Shown here piece after piece: positions 7,432-14,900 of a stretch of 64,000 nucleotides of DNA (its first letter is position 1; each line of letters opens with the position of its first letter). Source of the stretch: a virus; the IMG/VR virus record IMGVR_UViG_3300045988_129434; one strand, 5' to 3'. Under the pieces are notes generated by a model. That model saw only the letters and a list, made by a program, of their open reading frames with translations. It had not been told where the DNA came from and searched no databases. A program made the translations under genes and the position numbers.

Positions 7432-8886
7432 ATGAATTTTTCAGATGTAATGAGAGAAGAAAGCAAGTGGACAAAGACCGAGAACGGAGCAGACGCAAAG
7501 AATACTACGGATTCTGCTTTGCTGGATATGTTTGCGACTATCGGTGCCATGCGTACCAGATCAGAGGATGAGATTGTCAAGAAATTTGAGCTGGCATTTC
7601 AGGAAGACTCGTTAGGCGCTATGCGTTGCCTGTTCTATGCCAGAGACATTCATGGAGGTTTAGGCGAGCGCCGTGTGTTCCGTGTTCTTTTGACATACAT
7701 AGCAAATAAGCATACAGAAGAATTAAGAAAGAACATAGATAAAATACCAGAATACGGACGCTGGGACGACGTTTATTCTCTCGTCGGAACGAAATTAGAG
7801 GATAATATGTGGGATGATGTAAAGTATCAACTTTTAAAAGATAAAGTATTGATGAAGAATGAAGAGTCGTCTTCCCTTCTCGCTAAATGGCTCAAAAAGG
7901 CTGATGCTTCTAGCCCAAACACTCGGAAACTGGGAATTTATACGGCAAAGAAGTTGGGAATGTCCGTATATGACTATAAACGTCTTTGTAATCGCCTGAG
8001 AAAGCATATTGATGTTGTGGAGCAGCGCATGTCGGCCCGCCAGTGGGATACCATTAATTATCCGGCGGTTCCATCCAGGGCAATGATGAATTACCGAAAG
8101 GCATTTGCTCGTCACGATCAGGAACGTTTTGAAGAATATATAAACAAAGTTTCCTCTGGCGAACAGAAAATCAATGCAGCCACTCTTTATCCGTATGACA
8201 TTGTTGAGAAAATTTTGTATCACAGTGAGAATAGCAAGGTTCTGGAGGCTCAATGGGATAATCTGCCGAACTATGTTGACGGAGATGTAAATGCTGTGGT
8301 TATGGCAGATGTTTCCGGTTCGATGTACGGTAGACCGATGGCAACCTCTATTGGACTGGCAATGTACTTTGCAGAACGGAATAAAGGTGCATATCATAAT
8401 CTGTTTATAACGTTTTCAGGTCACCCAGAGTTTGTGGAAATAAAAGGAAAAACCATAACTCAAAAAATCAACTTCATTTCAAGAGCAAGTTGGCAGACGA
8501 TTACAGACCTTGAAGCTGCCCTTTTGAAGATTCTTGATGTGGCGATTGAAAATCATTGTTCACAAGAAGAAATGCCGAAATCACTCATTATCATTTCTGA
8601 TATGGAGATCGATTACTGTACTTGCCAGAAACATCGGGAGAACTTTTATGACTATGTTTCCAGGGTATATGAGGAACATGGATATAAAATTCCAAATGTA
8701 GTTTTCTGGAATGTAAATAGTCGGCATGATATATTTCTGGCTGATAAAAACCGTAAGGGAGTACAGCTTGTTTCCGGTCAGTCTGCAAGTACATTTAAGA
8801 ATTTGATTGGATGCGTGGACAAAACGCCGGTTGAGATGATGTATTCGGTTCTGAACAGCGAACGCTATCAGGCGATTCAGATTTGA
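7432..8886 (+). CDS. DUF2828/TROVE-like N-terminal region plus C-terminal vWA domain (Ro60-like architecture)
   Basis: 484 aa; KTENGADA..SALLDMF..CLFYARDIHGGLGERRVFR (DUF2828-type); MIDAS motif MADVSGSM plus IIISDME in the C-terminal half; AAAGGAG RBS. Confidence 0.8.
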   Translation: MNFSDVMREESKWTKTENGADAKNTTDSALLDMFATIGAMRTRSEDEIVKKFELAFQEDSLGAMRCLFYARDIHGGLGERRVFRVLLTYIANKHTEELRKNIDKIPEYGRWDDVYSLVGTKLEDNMWDDVKYQLLKDKVLMKNEESSSLLAKWLKKADASSPNTRKLGIYTAKKLGMSVYDYKRLCNRLRKHIDVVEQRMSARQWDTINYPAVPSRAMMNYRKAFARHDQERFEEYINKVSSGEQKINAATLYPYDIVEKILYHSENSKVLEAQWDNLPNYVDGDVNAVVMADVSGSMYGRPMATSIGLAMYFAERNKGAYHNLFITFSGHPEFVEIKGKTITQKINFISRASWQTITDLEAALLKILDVAIENHCSQEEMPKSLIIISDMEIDYCTCQKHRENFYDYVSRVYEEHGYKIPNVVFWNVNSRHDIFLADKNRKGVQLVSGQSASTFKNLIGCVDKTPVEMMYSVLNSERYQAIQI

Positions 8887-8897
8887 GGTAAATTGAA

Positions 8898-9578
8898 TTG
8901 ATAAAAGTAAAAGAAGATTTAACGGGAAAAAAGTTTTCATATTTGACTGTTATCAAAAGAGATGAAGACCATGTAACGAAATCTGGGAATATATATCCGA
9001 GATGGATATGCAAATGTGAATGTGGAAAACATGTTTCTGTATTTCAATCATCTCTAAAAAGTGGACAACAAAAATCGTGTGGGTGCAAACATTTTTCTGC
9101 TTGTAAAAAGTATAACAATTATAAAGTGAATGGAAACTTTGTTGAAGTAAATCTAACAAATTGCGATGAAACAATGATATGCGATTTAGAGAAATGGCAA
9201 CAGTTAAAAAAGTATTGCTGGATTAAAGGTAAAACAGGATATGCAGAGGCGAGAGTTGAAGGAAAAACAAGGTTGTTTCATCATTTTGTGATCGAATGCG
9301 AAAAGGGAAAAGTAAGGGATCACATAAATAGAAATAAGCTGGATAACAGAAAGATAAATTTAAGATGTGTAAGTTATTCTGATAATAATAAGAATGTCGA
9401 TAAGGCAGGAAGAAATCGCTACGGGGTAACTGGCGCATATAAAAATGGAAACAAGATAGGAATGCGGATATATGTGAACGGGAAAATAAAATATATAGGG
9501 AGTTTTTCGACTATTGAAGAGGCGATTGAAGCAAAGAAAAAGTCAGAAGAACTTTATGAGGGGGTGATTAGTCCATGA
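8898..9578 (+). CDS. HNH homing endonuclease with C-terminal AP2 DNA-binding domain
   Basis: TTG start; Cys cluster CKCECG..CGC; RDHINRNKLDNRKINLR..SDNNKN (HNH_3-like); YGVTGAYKNGNKIGMRIYVNGKIKYIGSFSTIEEA (AP2-like). Confidence 0.75.
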   Translation: MIKVKEDLTGKKFSYLTVIKRDEDHVTKSGNIYPRWICKCECGKHVSVFQSSLKSGQQKSCGCKHFSACKKYNNYKVNGNFVEVNLTNCDETMICDLEKWQQLKKYCWIKGKTGYAEARVEGKTRLFHHFVIECEKGKVRDHINRNKLDNRKINLRCVSYSDNNKNVDKAGRNRYGVTGAYKNGNKIGMRIYVNGKIKYIGSFSTIEEAIEAKKKSEELYEGVISP

Positions 9579-9943
9579 GCAAGATAAAAAGAGAGTTTAC
9601 GGTCTATGCCGTGGACTTCTAGTTTGACGGTACACTCTGCGAAAGTGTCTGGCCAGGAATTGGCGCACCAAACAAGGCACTTATTTATCACCTTATAAAG
9701 CGCAGAAAACAAGGAAACAAAATTATTCTTTGGACTTGTAGAGAAGGAGATCGGCTTCAAGAAGCTGTTGAATGGTGCAAATCGTATGGACTTGAATTTG
9801 ATGCTGTAAATGAGAATATCCCAGAAATGATTGAGTGGTACGGAAATGACACAAGAAAAATTGGTTATGATGTGTTGATTGATGATAAAGCGATCAATAA
9901 GCCAAAATATCATGTACCGTATAAAGGAGATGAAGGTAAATGA
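9575..9943 (+). pseudogene. small HAD-like phosphatase/nucleotidase gene interrupted by an in-frame TAG (9620-9622)
   Basis: ..FTVYAVDF*FDGTLCE..ILWTCREG..DVLIDDK; the stop sits inside the expected DxDGT motif; reads like a 6-nt insertion (TTCTAG). Confidence 0.55.
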
Positions 9944-10164
9944 AAAAAATAGTAAATGGTTTGTTATATGACACCGATAAATCCGAAAAAATCATGGAGG
10001 CAGATTGGCATAGCGTGTATCAAACACCCAACAAAAGACTGTTTATGACACATGACATATTAAATACAATAACGTGTGTCGATATAGATTCGATAAAAAA
10101 GTTTATTGGAGAACATAATGTAGATTTGTACCTAAAACTATTTGGAAATGTACAGGAGGCATAA
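9940..10164 (+). CDS. hypothetical protein (74 aa)
   Basis: ORF track; ATGA overlap with the upstream frame. Confidence 0.6.
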   Translation: MKKIVNGLLYDTDKSEKIMEADWHSVYQTPNKRLFMTHDILNTITCVDIDSIKKFIGEHNVDLYLKLFGNVQEA

Positions 10165-10466
10165 TGGCAGGCTTAGACGGAAAAATCACAATCGAAAGAG
10201 AACTTAGACCGTGTATTGTACATATATCGCAAGAAATATCGCAGCCGGTTGATATGGTCAAAGATTATGTGAGGTATGGAGCGTTTGGGCTAAAAAGAGA
10301 GGAACAATTCAAAAAAGGATTGTTTCATATGTGGAGTCCTGTAACCGGAAAAGCCATCGTAGAATGCGAGGACGGGACAATGCGTGAGGTAAACTCAAAA
10401 CAGATACGATTTGTAGACAATCCGATGTGCGAATATGCGTTTCCAGAAATGGAGGAAACACAATGA
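10164..10466 (+). CDS. hypothetical protein (100 aa)
   Basis: ORF track; TAATG overlap; AGGAGG RBS. Confidence 0.65.
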   Translation: MAGLDGKITIERELRPCIVHISQEISQPVDMVKDYVRYGAFGLKREEQFKKGLFHMWSPVTGKAIVECEDGTMREVNSKQIRFVDNPMCEYAFPEMEETQ

Positions 10467-10729
10467 TAATTTGTAGCGAAGAAATGGATAGACTGAAAGA
10501 GTCAGTTAAAAATGGGGAATTGCAGGAAAATGATATTTACTGCGACTACGACGATTACGAAGATGAATACGGTCATAATTACATAGATGAGGAACAAAGA
10601 AATTTTATTCGTGCGGCCAATAAATATTTTGCGGAAAACCAAATTCGCTATGTTGCTAAGTATGGTTTGGAAAATGTACGGATAAAGAAATTGGAGGGTG
10701 AAGAGGATTGGAGTAGTTATGAGTCTTGA
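10463..10729 (+). CDS. hypothetical acidic protein (88 aa)
   Basis: ATG 10463 overlaps the upstream TGA; GGAGG RBS. Confidence 0.6.
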   Translation: MIICSEEMDRLKESVKNGELQENDIYCDYDDYEDEYGHNYIDEEQRNFIRAANKYFAENQIRYVAKYGLENVRIKKLEGEEDWSSYES

Positions 10730-10904
10730 TAAATCTATTCAGTCCGGAAAAGAACGCCGAAAACCTTATAGTGGTGCAAAGGCAGTAGATTGTACCTGTC
10801 GGAATCATGGGAGCTGCGGGTGGTGTAAGCAAAACCGGACTCACAAGAACGATAAACGGGAACTGGCGGCAGAACAGGAGTTGAGAGACTTTGAAAAAAT
10901 GTGA
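10719..10904 (+). CDS. small basic Cys/His-rich protein (61 aa)
   Basis: CTCRNHGSCGWCKQNR motif; start overlaps the upstream ORF. Confidence 0.55.
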   Translation: MSLDKSIQSGKERRKPYSGAKAVDCTCRNHGSCGWCKQNRTHKNDKRELAAEQELRDFEKM

Positions 10905-11061
10905 AACATGTAAGAATTACTCGGACTTAATCGTTGTTCCAACTGGATTTGGAGAGTGCTGGTATTGTCAGGCACATGAATGTGTATTTTGTACAAGGGA
11001 TGGCAGATATTGTGATAAATACGAAAAAGGCGAAAATAATGGTGGTAAATTGGAAGAGTGA
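10891..11061 (+). CDS. small Cys-rich (zinc-ribbon-like) protein, 56 aa
   Basis: TTG start; CETC..CWYC..CVFC..C pattern; below the track cutoff. Confidence 0.4.
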   Translation: MKKCETCKNYSDLIVVPTGFGECWYCQAHECVFCTRDGRYCDKYEKGENNGGKLEE

Positions 11062-11077
11062 CAAAGGGTGAAATAGT

Positions 11078-11293
11078 ATGACGATTGAGCAGCTGAAAAA
11101 GGCAAATGAGATTAGATTTAAATTGGATAAACTTGACTATTTTGAGCGAATGTTTATTTCGAATAGCACAGTATGGTTAGTGACAGAGAAAAAAGAGTTA
11201 TATTTAAAAGATTATCCAGACCTTGCAGTACTAATTCAAAACTATATATCAGATAAAATTGTAGAACTAAAAATAGAGTTGGAGGAGTTATGA
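11078..11293 (+). CDS. hypothetical protein (71 aa)
   Basis: ORF track; RBS GGGTG. Confidence 0.6.
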   Translation: MTIEQLKKANEIRFKLDKLDYFERMFISNSTVWLVTEKKELYLKDYPDLAVLIQNYISDKIVELKIELEEL

Positions 11294-11550
11294 CAGAACA
11301 TGATTTTCAAGAAAATGTTGATCGCTACTCAGAATATCAATCGCTAAAGCAAAAACTGTTTAATATAAACAAGAATTTGCGATGGATAGAAAATCATATT
11401 GTTAATAATATGTATGAGGGTCGTGGCGACATTTTCGGTATAAACATTGAAAAATACAGCGAAGAAGCTAAGAACGGATTAAGAGATTATCTTAAGACCA
11501 TGATGCTTGCTGAAATTGAAAGAGTGAAAAAACGGATGGAGGAAATCTGA
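11290..11550 (+). CDS. hypothetical protein (86 aa)
   Basis: ORF track; ATGA coupling. Confidence 0.6.
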   Translation: MTEHDFQENVDRYSEYQSLKQKLFNINKNLRWIENHIVNNMYEGRGDIFGINIEKYSEEAKNGLRDYLKTMMLAEIERVKKRMEEI

Positions 11551-11804
11551 TGAATGATTTTTTGAAATTTCTTAATGAAAAGTTGAAAGATTTTCCCATG
11601 CACGTTGATATAGGATATAACAAAACCTGCGATTGGGGAATTTACATTTACAAGAAAGGCTGCGCGTTAGATTATCCTAAATCGGAAAAGAACGGAAATG
11701 ATGCAGTGATTGTGAACGTACAAGATAGTGATACGGAGCTGTGTTTTGCAAGGGCACATGTAGCACTGAAAGAATGGCTTTTAGAAAACGAAGGTGGTTA
11801 TTGA
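11550..11804 (+). CDS. hypothetical protein (84 aa)
   Basis: ORF track; TGATG coupling. Confidence 0.6.
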   Translation: MNDFLKFLNEKLKDFPMHVDIGYNKTCDWGIYIYKKGCALDYPKSEKNGNDAVIVNVQDSDTELCFARAHVALKEWLLENEGGY

Positions 11805-12160
11805 TGAAACATATCTCAGCCGTCACAATCGGAAAATTGATAGAGGCTCACATGGAGCATGACGAGGAAAAGTTTCTATCATATGCGAATTTTATAGCGG
11901 ACGCTTATGGGGAAGCAGACGAGGAACGCAGTGCAAAGATTATCAGATCGAAAATTTCAAAAGAGTACACAAAATTTTCAAAAGTAAGTATTGATTCAGA
12001 TGTACTTCTTAAATTGCTTCAATCGTACATAGAGCAAAATTATCAGTGCAGACCATATCCGTACACTATCCATGATGGGAGAAGATATGAGGGAACAATA
12101 TACATAACCGAAGGAATAGGGTTCCATGATGGACAAGGAAATAAGATTGAATTTAGGTGA
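11804..12160 (+). CDS. hypothetical protein (118 aa)
   Basis: ATG 11804 overlaps the upstream TGA by 1 nt. Confidence 0.6.
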   Translation: MKHISAVTIGKLIEAHMEHDEEKFLSYANFIADAYGEADEERSAKIIRSKISKEYTKFSKVSIDSDVLLKLLQSYIEQNYQCRPYPYTIHDGRRYEGTIYITEGIGFHDGQGNKIEFR

Positions 12161-12165
12161 ACGAA

Positions 12166-12378
12166 ATGACAGGGCAATTGATAATAAAACCAGTTGAAAC
12201 ACAATATGTAATTCAGTTTAAAGAACCATTGGACGAGTCCAAAGAAATTACTGGAATGGCAATTTGTGCCGACAGAGCCGAAATCAAAGACGAACACCTT
12301 ATTTTGTATAAAAAGGACTCCATTGTTTATTTTTGCCTGATAGAGAGGATTGATAGTTTTTATGCGAGAGAAGTTTAA
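12166..12378 (+). CDS. hypothetical protein (70 aa; alternative GTG start 12157)
   Basis: ORF track; AGGTG 6 nt before ATG 12166. Confidence 0.55.
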   Translation: MTGQLIIKPVETQYVIQFKEPLDESKEITGMAICADRAEIKDEHLILYKKDSIVYFCLIERIDSFYAREV

Positions 12379-12511
12379 ATTAAAAAATTCTTTAAAGACG
12401 ATTTTTTGTAAACATGAATGGAAAAGGATAAACTCAGTAAAAGATAGCAGGGGATATATAATTATGAAAATGTGCTCTAAATGTGGAAGGACTAAGATTT
12501 ATAAAGTATAG
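12362..12511 (+). CDS. small zinc-ribbon-like protein (49 aa)
   Basis: ATG 12362, TAG 12509-12511; CKH..CSKCG pattern; below the track cutoff. Confidence 0.4.
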   Translation: MREKFKLKNSLKTIFCKHEWKRINSVKDSRGYIIMKMCSKCGRTKIYKV

Positions 12512-12607
12512 CCAAATATTTGCGTGATTTGGAAGGAGATAGGGAAATGAGAAAATTTGAAAAAGGCGATGTTGTTATTGAGATTTGTAGGAATTTGGAG
12601 GATTGGA

Positions 12608-12835
12608 ATGTTAAAATGTAAAATTTGCGGAACAGAATTTCCGCCAGTAAAAGAGAGGCATTATATTTGCCGGGATAATGGGAAAATCAGACTTGTAACG
12701 GCTTTTGGAGCAAATAATGAGGAGAGCTTGTTTGATTCCTTTGATTGTCCGATGTGTGGTTGCCAAATTATAGCACAGGATAGAAAACGTACATATTGTT
12801 CGGTAAAAGTTGAAAAGGAAGCGGATGAGACGTAA
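12608..12835 (+). CDS. zinc-ribbon protein (75 aa)
   Basis: CKICG...CPMCG; GGAGG before ATG 12608. Confidence 0.6.
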   Translation: MLKCKICGTEFPPVKERHYICRDNGKIRLVTAFGANNEESLFDSFDCPMCGCQIIAQDRKRTYCSVKVEKEADET

Positions 12836-13209
12836 TGTTAGCAAACGTGAAGATTGAACAGGATAAGGATAATAAATACATACATAGAGTATTTGTAGAT
12901 GGAAAACAGATTGAAAAAATCACACACCTTGATTTTCAGATAAATCCGCTGGAGGTTCCTAACGTCACATTGAACATTGAGCAGATGAGTGGCATTAATT
13001 TTGAAGGACAGGCAGAAGTGAATTTCTTGAATACTCCTTTTACAGTTCAGAATGCTTGTCAAATTCTTAGAGAAGAACTTCTGGAACACGAAGATCTTTA
13101 TAGAGCATTCTCGGCGAGCATATATAGTGCATTAAATGAAATTCCAGAAGGTACATATATTGATAAAATGCCGGAAATTATTTTAAACAGGATTATAGGG
13201 GAGGAATGA
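12835..13209 (+). CDS. hypothetical protein (124 aa)
   Basis: ORF track; TAATG coupling. Confidence 0.65.
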   Translation: MLANVKIEQDKDNKYIHRVFVDGKQIEKITHLDFQINPLEVPNVTLNIEQMSGINFEGQAEVNFLNTPFTVQNACQILREELLEHEDLYRAFSASIYSALNEIPEGTYIDKMPEIILNRIIGEE

Positions 13210-13210
13210 T

Positions 13211-13291
13211 ATGAAAGAAAAAATTAAGCAGGGTGGAATTATAGCAGTAGTAGTAATTGGACTTTTAGTAGTGTTGTATGGAATAAGCTAG
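13211..13291 (+). CDS. 26-aa transmembrane peptide ending at TAG
   Basis: MKEKIKQGGIIAVVVIGLLVVLYGIS*; the same frame continues open for 44 more codons. Confidence 0.35.
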   Translation: MKEKIKQGGIIAVVVIGLLVVLYGIS

Positions 13292-13324
13292 ATCGTTACC
13301 TGCGGGATTATAAAACTGATTACT

Positions 13325-13426
13325 ATGTGTTTTGGGTGGAAGTTCAGTTGGGCGATTGCTACAGGAATATGGTTGATAATTTGCATTTTGAAGAGTATTT
13401 TCAGCGTGACAGTAAAAAAGGATTAG
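13325..13426 (+). CDS. 33-aa hydrophobic peptide (or continuation of 13211 ORF)
   Basis: MCFGWKFSWAIATGIWLIICILKSIF..; no RBS; in frame with 13211. Confidence 0.25.
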   Translation: MCFGWKFSWAIATGIWLIICILKSIFSVTVKKD

Positions 13427-13435
13427 GTGCAAGAT

Positions 13436-13597
13436 ATGTGGTTTAGGTATTTAATATCATTCATTGATGTTTTAATGGTTTTTTGCCTGATATATTTTAT
13501 GAATGGATTGTCCTGGGAAGATAATAAAGCCTCTATTTTAGGATTCGGAATAATGTTTTTCAGTTATATAGCGAGTATTGCTCTAATGTGGATATAA
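13436..13597 (+). CDS. two-TM small membrane protein (53 aa)
   Basis: MWFRYLISFIDVLMVFCLIYF..ILGFGIMFFSYIASIALMWI; below the track cutoff. Confidence 0.45.
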   Translation: MWFRYLISFIDVLMVFCLIYFMNGLSWEDNKASILGFGIMFFSYIASIALMWI

Positions 13598-13606
13598 GGC
13601 TTATTT

Positions 13607-13695
13607 TGGGCTATCGCCAAACGGTTAAGGCACCGGGCTTTGACCCCGGAAGAGAAGGAACGCTCTTTACGCTGGTTCGAATCCAGCTAGCCCAG
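13607..13695 (+). tRNA. tRNA-Gln (anticodon TTG) with an atypical 21-nt extra arm
   Basis: TGGGCTA/TAGCCCA acceptor (U1-A72), G73, GCC-AAACGGTTAA-GGC, CCGGG-CTTTGAC-CCCGG, variable region AAGAGAAGGAACGCTCTTTAC, GCTGG-TTCGAAT-CCAGC. Confidence 0.75.
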
Positions 13696-13917
13696 TTGGT
13701 TTCTGATTTTGGCATAGAAACTTTCTCCACCACCTACGGCGCAAGGCTGTGACAAAAGGAGATTCAAATGCTCCGGGTGGTTTTGTCCGACTACTGTTTG
13801 AGGACGTAAAATAAAAGAACAGCGTGTAGATTGGCGGTAAGGCGATACGATTCTAAATACCGCATGGTGCCTAAAGCAGCACGATAAATAATGCAAAAAC
13901 GGGAGAAATCCCGTTAC
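13696..13917 (+). ncRNA. structured inter-tRNA spacer RNA (unknown class)
   Basis: ORF-free; local helices GTTTC/GAAAC, GGAG/CTCC, GCGGTA/TACCGC, ACGGG-AGAAAT-CCCGT (13899-13914). Confidence 0.3.
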
Positions 13918-13991
13918 GGATCATTAGCTCAGATGGTGAGAGCCGTTGCCTCATAAGCAGAAGGTCGTAGGTTCGAGTCCTACATGATCCA
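13918..13991 (+). tRNA. tRNA with CAT anticodon (elongator Met or Ile2; not initiator-like)
   Basis: GGATCAT/ATGATCC, GCTC-AGATGGTGA-GAGC, anticodon loop CTCATAA, GTAGG-TTCGAGT-CCTAC. Confidence 0.85.
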
Positions 13992-14050
13992 TTCCGCCAT
14001 AGCTAGTACCCTTTGGCTGTCAGGTACGGCAGCGGCTATGGTAGGAACCA

Positions 14051-14133
14051 CGAGACGTAGCTAAATTGGCAGAGCACTGAAAGCCGGATACAACTATGTA
14101 CAGAAGATGGCGGTTCGAATCCGCCCGTCTCGA
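14051..14133 (+). ncRNA. tRNA-like RNA with canonical acceptor, D and T arms but an aberrant 27-nt anticodon arm
   Basis: CGAGACG/CGTCTCG, GCTA-AATTGGCA-GAGC, GGCGG-TTCGAAT-CCGCC; anticodon region CTG-[AAAGCCGGA]-TACA-ACTA-TGTA-CAG. Confidence 0.6.
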
Positions 14134-14318
14134 TTTTACCACTTAGCAAGATGGGTATACCTGCTACGAAATCCTGTGAAAAAAACTTTTCCAGAGAGAT
14201 AAGACCAAAGGCCGTGAGGAGCAGTAGTCGGTGATTCTGGAAGATTCCCGGAAGTATGACGATTAGAAAGTTGACCTTATTGGGATGACGCTTTCAAAGT
14301 GGTTTTATAAGGGAATAT
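14134..14318 (+). ncRNA. structured inter-tRNA spacer RNA closed by a long-range helix
   Basis: ACCACTT(14138-14144)/AAGTGGT(14297-14303); inner TTCCAGA(14189-14195)/TCTGGAA(14236-14242); TAGCA/TGCTA hairpin. Confidence 0.4.
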
Positions 14319-14390
14319 GCCGATATAGTTCAATGGCAGAACACCGCCCTTGTAAGGCGGATGTTATCAGTTCGAGTCTGGTTATCGGCT
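14319..14390 (+). tRNA. tRNA-Thr (anticodon TGT)
   Basis: GCCGATA/TATCGGC, GTTC-AATGGCA-GAAC, CCGCC-CTTGTAA-GGCGG, ATCAG-TTCGAGT-CTGGT. Confidence 0.9.
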
Positions 14391-14900
14391 GTCTGTAATG
14401 GAACTTGTGCAGATACCAATTTGCGGAACGGCAAACAGAAACTAGCTTTCATTACAGAAGCTCGACAACTCAGATGACCGGTACATCGGCAGCACAATAA
14501 GCTGTGAAAGGTTGTTGCTAACTATCTGGAGAGATATTCATATGTAAGTTTAGATCCTCAATAAGTGAACGAGAAAGGTTAGGGTTCTGCCAGATGCACC
14601 TATCTACCAAGTGTAGAAAAGGAATCCGGTTTTCGCATAGCGATTACTGGTTTATGGTTTTCGATTTCCTTAAATCGTTTTTGTAGTGTGGTCGCGGACT
14701 ACAATGTAATATCTGGCGCGGCAGAAGGACAATAAGTCGATGGATAAGCCGTGTCTACCATATGACAACTTTCATATTGGAAACCACAATATGATTGCGG
14801 GGCGCCGGACTTATATCGCTATCCATTGACCGGATCACTTATAGTTTTCCGGCAGTCAAGGCTTTGCGTACTGAGCCGGATAATCAGTGCGTGGCGTGCG
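14391..14900 (+). ncRNA. candidate large structured ncRNA (~510 nt) abutting tRNA-Thr
   Basis: No ORF of 60 aa or more on either strand; visibly higher G+C; helices CTGTAATG(14393)/CATTACAG(14450), TTTGC/GCAAA(14420-14435), TGTAGT(14682)/ACTACA(14698), ATGGATA(14740)/TATCCAT(14820). Confidence 0.45.

Noticed and set aside
13687-13896. 69-aa minus-strand ORF inside the RNA island. Also 7025..7225 and 7133..7324 in the Y-RNA-like locus, and 4190..4435 in the AT-rich block.
   Set aside because: They overlap hand-folded tRNA or tRNA-like structures or simple repeats. They lack an RBS and would be the only reverse-strand genes in those regions.
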